Shown here: in pieces, positions 1-11,848 of the stretch
Layout: every line of letters begins with the position of its first letter
How positions within the stretch are numbered: the first letter of the stretch is position 1
Assembly: GCA_009103225.1 (NCBI GenBank)
Contig: RHPI01000977.1
Location: 2,881-66,880 of the forward strand
Direction: 5' to 3'
Length of the DNA stretch: 64,000 nt
Origin: Chlorokybus atmophyticus
Taxonomy: Eukaryota; Plantae; Mesostigma and Chlorokybus algae
Notes under the pieces: model-generated
The model's database searches: none
Told to the model about the DNA's origin: nothing
The model's input: only the letters and a program-made list of their open reading frames with translations
Position numbers and translations under genes: made by a program

Positions 1-1966
1 CACCTGTGCGCGCCAGCGCCGTTCAGCTGGGTCTTGTAATGCTACTTCCACGGTGGCATCCTCCTGCTCCTCGTTGTACGGGATGGGAGAGGAGTCGCCG
101 GTTCGACACGGGGCCGTGGCACCAGCAGCGACTTGCGTCCGAGCGCCGTCGTATGTGGCCATTACAGCCTTCCGGGTGCGGGCGTGGCTTCGTGTGGCCA
201 TGGCAGCCATTTTGCGTTGGGCGCGCGTGCGCGAGACCAACTCGAGAGGCAGGAAACCCTGTACCTCTCCGTCATCCTCATCCCAATGTGGCCGAAACCA
301 CGCTCGCTTTGTCCAGCAGTCGAGGCCCATGCCCACAGGAAGGTTGAAGTCCTGCCCAAGCAAAAAGTCGAAGGAGCCGGCATTGGTGACCACACATTGC
401 TGGACGATCTCGGTTGTGTGGGTCGGGTCCAGCCCTGTCAACCGAATGCAAAAGGCCTCCCTGGTGACTCCCATCACCTTATCTCGGCTACCTGTGGCAG
501 TGTCCAACACGTGCGGGCAAGGCACCAAATCGGAGCTGGTTATGCCGAAGGATCGCGCGAGGAAGCGCCCGATGATGACAGGCTGTGCTCCGGTGTCCAA
601 CATTACTCGCTTGGGTGCCAGGCCGGTGATGGTAACGTGCTTGCCTTGGTTGGCCACCATGGCAGCATTGGCGTCGATACGCAGCCTCTTCATACGAGCT
701 GTCTGCGCCTTTGCCTCAGTTGTCTCAGCTGGAGATGCTGAGCGCATGGCAGCCGGAGTTCCTCTGCCTGCTGTTCCGGAGAACCCCCTCCTTGCCCTCT
801 TCCTCTGCCAAACCGACCTTGTCGTGGTGGTTGGTAGCCCCGGGGGGGCCTCGGTGCTGGAGGTTCCGGCGCTGGTTGTGGTGGCGGCGCAGGTGGATGC
901 CGCCTCTGCGAAGATGGAATCATGCGCGCGGGTGTACCCAATGGCTGTGGAGGAAACCCCGGCGGACCCGACGTTTGTGGGCCTGCCTCGCGTTCAGCTT
1001 GCTCCGCGGCGTACGTCCAGCGGACAGCATGAGCCGTTTCTCTGACCAACGTCCCTTCCCACGTGGCCGTGGGCTCGGTGTCCGTGTCGGTCCAATGATG
1101 ATATTGAGGCATGGGCTGCTGGTATACGGCGCGTAGTAGCTGTCGCCGCATGTCGTGAGTGATGGTGGGGACTCGCAAGATCCCTGCCATATAGGCATCC
1201 CACCTTCCTTGTACCACTCCCACATCGAGCACGGTCATGGCGCGCGCGCGTAGGGTGCGCTGGAGGTCAGTCTGCTGTGCGTGTAGCTCATGAGCAATGG
1301 CGATGCGCCGCCGTTGCCGTGCGGCTTCCACCCCTGGCAGCTCGTGCGGCGCTGCCCTCTTGCATCCCCATCATCTGTCTTAACGTGTTGCCCTCAGGCC
1401 TGTGCAACATGACTGCTTGCCGGATGAGTGCGGTACGGAGTTGTTGCTCCCCCACCATACCAGCTCCTCCTCGTTGTGTGGTGTCCCCTTGCGGGGTGAG
1501 GTACCCTCGCCCTGCATCGCGTTGATCCTCGGGCATGTTTGCGACCAAAGGAGGCAGCAGCGGGGCGATTACCCCCCTCAATTGTTGCGCCAACGCCCTC
1601 GCTTGGTCTGCAACAGTTGCTTGCCTTGGTTGTTCGATGGCAACTGCCGTGGAGTACGTTGTGGTCAGCGCCGTGGAGGCGCTGGCAACTTTTGCCGGCG
1701 CTACGGTTGGTACGATAACGGCGTGTGCTGCTTCGTACGCATGTAGGCGCGCGTCCACTTGGGCAGCTTGGTCCATCCGATAACAATGGGCCTGTTCGAG
1801 GGCAGAGAAACGCTCTTGACGACTGTCTGGAGTGAGCCCCCGGAGAGCGGGATCAGCGCCCAACGCAATGTCAGACATGGTCACCACGAGGTCTTGTATT
1901 TTGTGTCGCTGGAGGCCGAGTGGGTCCAGTGGCGAGGGCTCGAAGTCGATCTGTTGAGCGGGCATG
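1..1966 (-). mobile_element. Truncated Ty3/Gypsy element A (gag-linker and aspartic protease), sibling of element B; runs off the window start
   Basis: Minus frame reads GKHVTITGLAPKRVMLDTGAQPVIIG (DTG at 589-597) and ...WFRPHWDEDDGEVQGFLPL...RRWRAQV, colinear with 6646-9130 of element B. It is cut at 1966 by the terminal repeat of B. Confidence 0.85.
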
Positions 1967-2198
1967 TGTAACAGCCTGGGGCATTTTTTGTATTTTATTG
2001 TACATAAAGTACTCTTTATGCCTTTTTTGCTGGCTTGATGAGGGCTTTTATGAGCTTTATTAAGCCCATGTGGCGCCTGCCCCTGCTGCCGCGCGCGACT
2101 CGCCTGCGACCTGCCTACGCGGTGTTCAGTGCAGTGGACGAGCCGATGCCGCTCGCCACCTTTGTGTACAGACTGTGTCGTAGTGCACACAGTTAACA
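1967..2198 (-). repeat. 232-bp 3' terminal repeat of element B
   Basis: Starts TGTTAAC directly after the PPT, ends GCTGTTACA and contains AATAAA. Its outer ~145 bp is the diverged reverse complement of 12670-12817. Confidence 0.75.
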
Positions 2199-2211
2199 AG
2201 CCACCCCCCTT
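2199..2211 (-). promoter_or_regulatory. Polypurine tract of element B
   Basis: AAGGGGGGTGGCT lies ~40 bp after the PHD stop codon, directly before TG. Confidence 0.8.
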
Positions 2212-2249
2212 AAGATTCTGGGGTAGCCCTCTGCTCCAGAAATCAGTTC

Positions 2250-2800
2250 CTACCGACTGTGTGAGGGACCGTTGATGCGGCAGTCATCGCACCAGTACTC
2301 CCACAAGGGTACTGCGTCCAGTGGAGGGTCAAGGCAGTAGCAGTGCATGCCTTGATTACAGCCGCCGCATAACATCATTAATGGGTCGTTGTCGGCACTG
2401 CCACACTTCTCGCATCGGGTGCTGCGCAACGGACGCGGGTGCTGGATCTTGGTGAAGCCAGCAATGTAGGGGAGATGACATGGCGCGCGGTTGACCATGT
2501 TGTCCTTCATGCGCTCGCCTCGTTGTCCCAACAGGTCCAGTACCCCTGTGGGGTGCACCTTTAATACCTTGTAGACAGCACGCCCGACGGAGGTATCGAG
2601 GGTGTCGTGTGTAGACGCCATACGGTAGACGAAGTCTCCTGCCTCGAAGCGGTGCTCCCGCTCCTTGTAGAAACCACTGCGCACACGCTCGTAACGCAGC
2701 GCGTCGCGGTGCTGCGCGATGCGCAGGTTGTTGAAGGCCATGGGGACTGTGTGTTCGAACAGCGCACTGCGCACTGTTAGATCATACAACATATCGTCGG
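2250..2800 (-). pseudogene. Integrase C-terminal region plus PHD finger
   Basis: CEKC..MMLCGGCNQGMHCYCLDPPLDAVPLWEYWCDDC fits C4HC3. It joins the integrase core if one A is removed from the A5 run near 2805 (restores DNLENPDDMLYDL). Confidence 0.85.
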
Positions 2801-5420
2801 GGTTTTTCGAGATTGTCCACCACTGTGTCGACCTCCTGCTGTGCGCGGAAAGGGAGCAATGGCTGCCTTTCGAACAGTAGATAGTATGGGCTGTACTCTC
2901 GCAGGGCTGCCTGCTTGGACAGCCGGTAGCCCATTGCTACCCATGGGAGGTGATCATTCCAGGTATTCTTCTCGTAGGCGAGGACGTACTTGCGCAGTGC
3001 CTTCTTGATGGTCTGCACGGTACGCTCGGCGAGGCCGTCGGCCTGCGGGTGGTCGCGTGAGGTGCGACGGTGGTCGATGAAGCATCTGTCGATAAGCTTG
3101 TCGAAGGCTCCTCTGAACTCCGTACCCTGGTCGGTGATGACTTCAGCGCAGCTGCCGAAGCGTCCGAGTACATGGGAGAGGAAAGCCTGGGCTACTCCCT
3201 CACTGCTCTTGTCGGGCAGGGGCACCAGCTCCACCCACTTGGAAGAGAAGTGCTCGATCATGACGAGGATGTAGCGGTTGCCTCGCGCTGAGGGCGCTAG
3301 GTCTCCGAGGATGTCCAGTCCCCAGAGGTAGAACAACCCGGAAATGGGAAGGGGATGCAAGGTGGCATTGCGCGTGTTGAAGCTGGCGCGAACCATGTCA
3401 CACTGCTGATAGTTGCTGACGAACTCCCGCACCTGTCTGTGCACCCCATACCACCAGTACTGGGTCCTGACCAGGCTGACCGTGCGCTTCACACCGAAGT
3501 GCCCGAGCTCGGTGTGAAGGGAGGAGATGATGCCTTCACGTGCAGCTGGTGTGGGGACCTCCTGATCTGCATCTTGTATCCGTCGATACAGCCTGTCGTT
3601 GGCCCAGCCGTAACGCTGAGTGCGTTGCCGGACGCGGTCCTTCTCGCGTGCGCTCATGTCTGGAAATTGTCCAGTCTGAAGCAGTTGGAGGGATGGCTCG
3701 TCCAGCCGGATGTCTTGTCGTGTGTCGGTGGGTGCCAGCTCCTCATCATCCACCTCAGGGTCCGCAGTGATTGCTTCTTCTGATAAAGGATCGGTGGTGG
3801 TGATGGCGGGCTCAAGAGCGGGCATGTCCCCGTCTGCTGCTGCCTCAGCGATCTGAGTCCTGCGTCCTGAGCGTAGCGCAGCAACAGCGAACATGGTGGC
3901 CACACCTGAAGGTGCAGCTGTAGGACCCAACTCATGTCGGGCGCCTGTGGCGTCGTTGGTGCTGAGGTGGGGGTTACGGCTGAGGCCATCCGCATCCTGG
4001 TTGGCAAGGCCTGCGCGGTGTTCTACCTCGAATTCGTACTCCTGGAGCAGCAACGCCCATCGTGCTAACTTTCCTGTTAGGTGCTGGTTGTTCATTAACC
4101 ACTTGAGGGGTTGATGGTCAATGACCAGTTGAAACTGCCGTCCAAACAGGAAGGGTCGGAAGAAGGAGATGGCCCACACTGCGGCGAGACACTCCCCTTC
4201 GTAGCTGCTGTAGTTGGCCTCAGCACTGTTGTTGCTGCGGCTGGCGTATGACACTACGCGCTCCTTCTTGTAGTTGTCGTGCTGTACGAGCACGGCCCCC
4301 ATGCCGAGCTTGCTCCAGTCTGTGTGCAGGATGAACAATCTGGTGTAGTCAGGGCGTTGCAGAATGGGAGCTGTGGTGAGGCGGAGCTTCAGCTCCTGAA
4401 AGGCCTCCTGTTGTGCCTCCTTCCACAAGAACTCGGTGTCCTTCTTCAGCAGTTCGTTGAGAGGCCTTGCGATCTTGGCAAAGTCCTTGACAAACCGGCG
4501 GTAATAGTTGGCAAGGCCGAGGAAGGCCCGCAGCCGCGTGAGGTCTGTGGGGGCAGGAATAGCCACCAGTGCCTCCACTTTGGCCTGCTGTACGTGCACA
4601 CCATGGGGCACAATCATGTGTCCTAGGTAGGGTACCTTGTGGGTGAAGAAGGTGCACTTGTCAGGGTGCACCGTCATGCCAACTTCCTTCAGCCTCTGTA
4701 GCACCTCTTCGATATGCTGGAGATGCTCCTCATTGCTGTGACTGAAGATGAGGATGTCGTCAATGTAGCAGCGTGCGAAGTCCAACCCCTTGAGGGCTTT
4801 GTCCATGACGCGCTGGAACTTGGCCGGAGCGTTCTTCAGTCCGAAGGGCATAACCTTCCACTGGTACAGCTGCCGGTTTCCCCAGAAGGAAGTCTTGTGC
4901 TTGTCCTCCTCCTTGATGGCGATCTGGTTGTACCCTTGGCGCATATCCAGGATACTAAAGACCGTGCAGTCTCCTACATCGTCAAAGATGCCTTCTGCGG
5001 TAGGCATTGGATACCTGTCCTGCTTGGTCTTGTTGTTGAGGGGGCGATAGTCGCCACACATGCGCCGGTCTGTCCAGTTGCCCGCTGAATCTTTCTTCAG
5101 GGGCATGACGGTCGCGGCCGCAAAGTCCAATGTGGACTCCTCGATCAGGCCTGCATCTAGCAGCGCCTTGCACCTCTGTTCCACCAAGTCTTCTTCTAGC
5201 TTGGAGAGGCGGTACTGTCTTCTGAATACCGGTTCGATGTCCACTAGTTCAATGTCCATCTGGTATGCTGAGCAGATGCCCAGCTCCTTCACACTGAAAC
5301 TGAATTGGCTCCTCCACTTGTTGAGGAGAGCCTCGAGTTGCTCTCGAGTCTGGCCTGTGGCCAGCGGGCCAATGGCGTGGGACCACGAGGTAGCGTTGGC
5401 GACCACTGGAATGTCTTCCA
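2782..5420 (-). pseudogene. pol: Gypsy pol: reverse transcriptase, RNase H, integrase core
   Basis: RMCGDYRPLN, MPFGLKNAP, CYIDDILIFS, HTDWSKLGMGAVL, YEGECLA, LGHFG, ITDQGTEF, HPQADGLAER. Confidence 0.95.
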
Positions 5421-5584
5421 CAGCGACTGCTGCCTGCTCCTCCATGTGGGCGGTCTCGAGGGCGGTGTGTGCTGCTTTGGTCTCTGAAAAGCGAGCAATC
5501 CACCCCCCAGCCAGGTGTTCGAGCTCCAGGAAGGACACATGGCGGTTCTGGAGAGCAAAGCACATTTCCAAGTACCACACCATG

Positions 5585-6511
5585 CTGTTTTGATCCATGG
5601 CGCGCCCTAACAACTGACACTGTTGACTGGTTGTCAGCGTGGAGCCTGTGATGCTGCCTGGGAAGAATCCCATAGCACGCTCGCGCTCACGGGCATTGGG
5701 TTCTTCCAGCTGTCCAGTGTTTGAGTCTAACACCATGCCGTCGCCTCCATTGCGGAACGCGTAGGAGCCTGGATACAAGCGTGGGTAGTGCGCGGCGCGG
5801 CTGACCAGGCTGGTTGCACTGGTAGAAGTGGTGGCAGTCAAGGCGTGTGACCGGTCGCGCTGTGCGTCCAGGGTCCAGGATGTCATCGACGACGAGATTT
5901 CGTGGCCAATCGCTGTATAGGTATTCTGCCAGAAACAGGTCCTCCACAATGGCCAGGTTGGTCCATTGGGCGCGGACGCGGTGTGCGCGAGATCTATGAC
6001 GCGCGGCGTTAATTTTCAAAGGATGCCCCAGCAAGGAGCATACTTGTCGATAGGCCTTGGCGACGTGATGCCGCTTGTCATCCTCGGAGTGCACATTCTC
6101 GATGATGTACCCCAAGGGCCTAGCGATCTGACTGGTCTGCACGAGTTTAATGACTCTCATTAGCTCTCAGAACAGCTGTGAGCAAGGATCAGAGAGCCCT
6201 TGGCCTTTGCCTGCCCTGGAGTGCCCTTGACACTCCCATCCTGCTATCAGCAGGTCAATGTTGCCGACTGCCTGCAGGTGATCCTTGGTAATCTAGCGGA
6301 TGTCCTGCGGCAGAGCCTTTTGGCTCCCTTGCAGTGCCGACAGTGGTAGCTGCTGCGGGTAGCGCTGGTGCAGCTGTCGTAAATGATGGCTCAGAGCCTC
6401 CTGTGCATGAGGGTCAGGGTCACAGTAGAGGTACTTGGTGACTGTTGTTCCTGTGTTGAGGACAGCCGCAAGCCCACTGCCTATGCCTCCAAACAGCTCC
6501 AGCACGGTGAT
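5585..6511 (-). pseudogene. C5 cytosine DNA methyltransferase domain inside pol (DNMT3-like motif IX/X), disrupted
   Basis: Motif I VLELFGGIG, IV DLLIAGWECQG (Cys at 6230-6232), VI IIENV, VIII AHRVRAQWTNL, IX ERERAMGF, X LLGRAMD. Stops at 6293-6295 (TAG) and 6167-6169 (TGA); frameshift near 5775. Confidence 0.9.
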
Positions 6512-6849
6512 GCCTTGTTGTCGGCGGAACATGTGGAACTCCACAACTCCAGTAGCTATGTGGTACTGCTCCTGCACTGTAGCCTGGTCTTTGTAGACAG
6601 GGAAGTGTGCAGTGAGCTGAGGCCTGGTCAGTAGCATGTGTGCTGCTACTTGTGCGCTCCAGCGACGCTCGGACGGCTCCTGAAAAGCCACCTCTTTGGT
6701 GACAGTCTCTTGAGACTCATCGTACGGTGTAGGAGAGTCCTCTTCAGCGTTTGGGCTCGGGCTCGAGCTCGTTGCAGTTGTCCTCGGTTGATTTCGGGCA
6801 CGAGGCACACATGAGCTTCTTGTAGGACTGTAGGTGGCTGCTTCGGCCG

Positions 6850-7700
6850 ACCTTCGTTGCGAGCGGGCCTTGGCCACCAGTTTGAGAGGTAGGAATCCCT
6901 GCTCCTCTCCATCATCCTCGTCCCAATGCGGTCGAAACCATGCCTGCTCAGTCCAGCAGTCCATCCCCATGCCGACAGGGAAGTTGCAGTCCTGTCCCAG
7001 CAGTAGGTCAAAGGACCCGGCATCGGTGACCACACACCTTTGTACAATCTCGGTGCTGTGGGAAGGTTTTAATCCAGTGAGGCGGATGCTCACAGCCTGC
7101 TTGGTAAGCCGAGCCCCTTGTCGCGGTTGCCGGTTGCGGTGTCCAGCTGGTAGGGACAGGGAAGCAGCTCAGCGCTGGTGATGCCGAGATCTCGTGCGAG
7201 GTAGCGCCCAATGATGACAGGCTGTGCTCCAGTTTTCAGCATCACGCGTTTGGGTGCCCGCCCATTGTTGAAGATATTCCTACATCCGGTCAGCCTGCCC
7301 TGCATACAAGAGAGAAGAGAAGGGACCTCGATGGGAGGACCTCGAAGACTCCGGACATAAAGGTCCTGGCGCGGACTGCAGAGAAGGGTCCTAGGAGAAT
7401 CGTCATATCTCCTAGAGTACTCAGTCATTTGGGACGTGGCATAGCTTGTTGGAAAGCTTATCAAGTCAGCTACGTGTCACATCTTACAGCGTAGGATTCG
7501 GTTCAGTAGATCGGACGCTGTTGCGTGTAGACCAGCAGTGTGTACAAACTGTGTACTGACTGGCGGGTATATAACCCCGCGGTTTGTTGGTAATAAATCG
7601 GGAAGTGTGTTGCCTTCTCCTGTGTGTCATTGCTTGCCCTCTTCACTTGCATGCTTGCTTCTCAACACCCATTGACGGTCACGTGCTTGCCTTGGTTGGC
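6850..7700 (-). pseudogene. Aspartic protease of element B, interrupted by a solo LTR
   Basis: Removing 7266-7672 restores HVTVNGRAPKRVMLKTGAQP, where sibling A has MLDTG. Frameshift near 7105; C-terminal flap FDLLLGQD. Confidence 0.8.
7266..7667 (+). mobile_element. 402-bp solo LTR of an unrelated family
   Basis: TGTTGA...TCAACA termini with perfect 5-bp TSD CCCAT (7261-7265 and 7668-7672). TATATAA near 7568 and AATAAA near 7592 give the orientation. Confidence 0.9.
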
Positions 7701-10700
7701 GATCGTGGCTGCATTGGCGTTGATGCGCAGCCTCTTGAAGCGACGGAATCTCTTGCGTGGAGAGACTGTTGCTTCACTCTCATCTGCGGGGCCTGGCCGT
7801 AGGGCAGCCAGGGCTCCTCTGCCTGATGGATCTTGTGCACCTCCTTGTCCTCGGCTTTGTCTAAACCGTCCTTGTCGCGGTTGCTGGTACACGCGTGGTG
7901 GCCTAGGCACTGCAGGTGCTGCTGCAACCTGTCCAAGTGGAGGTGCAGGAGGGTTGACCCTCTGTGCAGCTGTTGTCATGCCAGGAGGAGTGGCCAGTGG
8001 CTGTGGCGGGAACCCTGGAGGACCTGGTGTTTGCGGAACTGCCTCTCGTGCAGCCTGCTCCTCTGCATAGGTCCATCGCACAGCATGGGCAACCTCTCTG
8101 ACTAGTGTACCTTCCCATGTAGCCGTCGCATTGTTGTTCACGTCTATGTAGCGATGGTTCTAAGGCATGGGCTGCAGGTACACGGCGCGTAGGAGCCGCG
8201 CTCTCATGTCGTGAGTGATGGTGGGCACCCTGAGGATCCCTGCCATGTAAGCATCCCATCTGCCGTTGACCACTCCCACTTCCAGCACTGTTATTGCTCG
8301 TGCGCGTACAGTGAGGCGGATCTCTGGCTGTCGGACATGCTGCTCGTAAGCAGCGGCGATGCCCCTGCGCTGACGCCCAGCCTCCACTCCTGGCAAACTC
8401 AGTATAGCCTCCAGAGCTCCCTCCAGAGTGTCAGTGGCGGCGCAAGCCGCTTCATCATAGGCTTGCCGTATGGAGCGAAGGAATGCGTCCACCCACGCTA
8501 TTCTGGCGCCGAAGGCGAACAACGGGACTGCGGGATGGTTGGTGACCAGCCACGTCACTAACCGCGCGCGTGCCGCGTTGCCATTGTCTCGCATCCCAAG
8601 CATCTGCCGAAGCCCAATGCCTTCTTGCCGATGCAGCATGGTTGCTTGTCACAACAGAGCAGTGCGTAGTTGTTGCTCTCCAACCAATCCTGCTCCAAAT
8701 CTTTGTGTACACCCTTGTGGTGTAAGGTAGCCCCTCCCTGGCTCCCTTTGGTCCTCAGGTAGATCCTCCACCAGCGCAGGCAGCAACGGGGCGATCATCC
8801 CCCTGGTTTGTTGAGCCAACGCCCTCGCTTGGTCAGAGTTGGTCTCGACGAAGAGCGGAGTGGTGCTGGAGGATGGACCAGCAGCTGGTGATTGAGGTAC
8901 TGGTGCACGCGTAGCTTCAAGAGCTTGTTCACGTGCAGCAATGGCGGCAGCTTGATCTTGCCGCCAATGATATGCTTGTTCCAGTGCGTGGTAGCGCTGA
9001 TGAAGGCGAGCGGTTGTAGGAGGTCCGAGTGCTTCATCAGTGCCCAAAGGCAGGTCGGCTGCGTCGGCGATGCGCTGCTGGACGGTGTCTCGGCGGTCCC
9101 GATACGTGTCCAGCGGGCTGGGTTCAAAGGTGGTGGTTGGCATGCGTGCAGGCTGGTGCGGGGCGGTCTGCATGTTATTGTGCAACGCCCAAAACAGCTG
9201 CAGGGCCAACTCCAACTCTACAGGTGGGCTGTAGCTGATCAAAAACACTCTGTCACGCATCGGAGGTGCAATGCCAGCAAGGATCTCATCTTCCAATTGG
9301 TGTTGAGTGAGTGCTGGAAGGGTGTGAACCTCTGGTAGCGGGAAGACGCGATCATCGCGGGCGACACGCGTGGTGCGCTCCCCCCCCCGACCGAAGGCGA
9401 TGGTAGTGGGGTCTGCTCCGCGCAGGATGGTTTCCCATGCTCGCTCAGCTTGCTGACCAGTTGGGACAGCCTGAGTGACGTCGAGAGCGGGCAGAGTGGC
9501 TGCGCGTGTCGCTGCAGCAACAGCGGACTCGACGATGGAAATTGTGGCAGTTGCGACGGTACCGGTCCGTGGTGCGAGAGTTGCCTCAACGCCTACGGAC
9601 ACAGGCACTGCTGCAATGGGAAGTGCACCGCCCATTGGTGCAGATTCGGTAGAGATGGCGGCTGTTGCCATTGTGCTCACCAGTGTCGGCGTCCCGGTGT
9701 CCATCGGTGTACCGGTTTGTGGTGCAACTGGAGTGGGTGCTGCTGACGTTGGTGGAGTCGACGTTGTAGCCGGTGTGGCTGTTGCTGCGGAGGCAGCACC
9801 ACTGGTGGCTTCGGAGTAGGTGCCTGCTGATGGTGTTGCAGCTTCCCCTGGTGCTCGTCGTGATGGTTGCACGCGGGACGGAGTGTTCCTGTCTCTCTCG
9901 CGTTTTGCAGCCATCACCGCCCGTCGGGCAGCGTAGCAGGCACGGTAGTCCTGCTCCTTGTCTTCCTTCAAGCGTACCATATGCGCTATGAGGGCTGCCA
10001 TATGGTCATCAGCTGGTGGGTTGGCTGAAGCCTTGGCGGCAACAGCAGCAGCGCGCGGACGTGTCTCTGGTCCCTTACGCTGAGGAGGTCTGTTCTTCCC
10101 CCTGTAGCCTTGCTCTTCCTTGCGAACACTGGCGTTGTTGTTGTTGTTACTGCCACCAGCGTTGTTGCTGTTGTGGGCTCCAGTGTTGTTGCTGTTGTAG
10201 CCACCGGGGTAGTTGTGGTTGTAGCTGTGGGCGGGCCTCAACTCTGGGAACTTAAGTCAGCAGACTGACTCAAAATGACCAGTCTTGTGACAGTGGTCGC
10301 AAACCAAAGTTGAGTATTCTTCGGTGCACTCCTTTTGGTAGTGCCCATGCCGTCCACAGCGATGACACAGCACAGGGGCAGCAAGTGCAGCATGAGCTGA
10401 CCGTTTCCCTTTGTCGCGTGCTGGTGGAGCGTCCCGGCCACGGTCGCGGCGAGGAGGCTCAGTTGTCGTGCTGACTACAAGCCGTGCGGCGCTGCGGTTG
10501 GTGTTTAGCACTGCCTTCTCATACACCAAGCGCTTGTGGATGGCTTGTGCAGTCTCAAAGGCTTCTTTGAGGGTGTAGCCAAGGGGCCTGCTGTAGTTCA
10601 GAGTCAGGCGTCTCGACTCGCTCAGAGCAGCATCCAACTCATTGACGTATATCACTGCAGCAGCCTCCTCACTGACATTCTTGTAGTCAGTGTCCTTCAG

Positions 10701-11651
10701 CAGACCTTCCAGTCTGGAGTACAAGCGGAGGGGATTCTCATTGGGCTTGCGTCGGAAGCGTCTCAGCTCCTCAACCTTGCTGGTGGTCTGAGGAGGGAAG
10801 GTGCGGCGCATGGCAGCGTACAGGTACTTGAGTGGAGAATCAGAGATGGCAGCACCTACGGTGATGGCTGGTGCGCGCAGTGCTACTGACCCGAGGGTGA
10901 AAGCGCTGCCTCTTGCACAAGAGCCAGGTGTTGCTGGAGGTAGAGGAGTACCCCACTCTGCGGCTGCCGCTTGCTGTACAGCGCTTTGTTCCTCAATGAT
11001 GATGGCAGCACGGTCACGGATGCGGACTCGACGTGTGGCCTCCTTGGACTCAACTTCTGCAGGGGTCAAGTTGACAAGTACCAACTCTGGTTCCTCCTCC
11101 TCTGCCTGCTTGAGAGCTGCAGCTATGGACAAGCCTGTTACTGCAACTAAAGTGGCAGGTGGAACGACACCTGCTGGACGTTGCTGAGATGCAAATGCTA
11201 TAGTGCTGGCAAGCTCGCCATAGCCGTTTACTCGATGCAGTTCAGCAACGGACTTCCAGACATCGTGTGCTTCATGATTAAGATACTGAGCAGCAATGTG
11301 GAAAGAGATCTCATCTGACCAGTCTTTGTTCTTCAGAGCTTGCTGCCGCATCTTGGAGTGGAACTTAATGATGAACTCATCCAGCGAGGTGGTGCCGGCA
11401 CGTCCGGAGAAGCGCAGGGATGTGGTTGAGCTGGAAGACTCCATCTCGTTGTCGTCGCTGTCCGATGATAGTGGAGAAGCTTGATGACGAGGAGTAGAGT
11501 GGAGCGGGGTGAAGCTGGAGATGGAGCGCGAGCCTCTGCTGCTGCGGTCGATGCTCCCGTCACTGGTCCGCTCGTAGGTGAGGTTGGTGGTTGGGCTCCA
11601 ACTGCTGAGGTCACCCTCGTCTATTGGGGAGAACGGGGTGGGCCTGCTCAT
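7668..11651 (-). pseudogene. gag: Gag with two CCHC knuckles followed in frame by a long low-complexity/orphan linker
   Basis: CHRCGRHGHYQKEC and CDHCHKTGHFESVC. ORFs 10257-11651, 8649-10241, 8160-8639 and 7662-8141 share one frame separated by single stop codons. Confidence 0.8.
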
Positions 11652-11848
11652 ACAGCTGGTCCAGAGGTGAAAGGGTAGAGTGCTTGTGCTCTACCGTCTA
11701 TCCTGATGCTGTTACCACCCAACACACTAGTGCTTGTGCGCACTATGTGATGACAATGATAACGAATGCCCAGCGATGTATCCCTGGGTGCAGACTGCAC
11801 AATCTGATGCAGATTGCAACACACTCACTTGTGCAAAGAGGGTGACAC

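Noticed and set aside
53-1045. Long plus-strand ORFs over the retroelements (e.g. 53-1045, 5060-5593) and the many Cys/His/Met-rich short ORFs
   Set aside because: Antisense shadows of GC-rich coding DNA, or translations of TG/CA low-complexity sequence.
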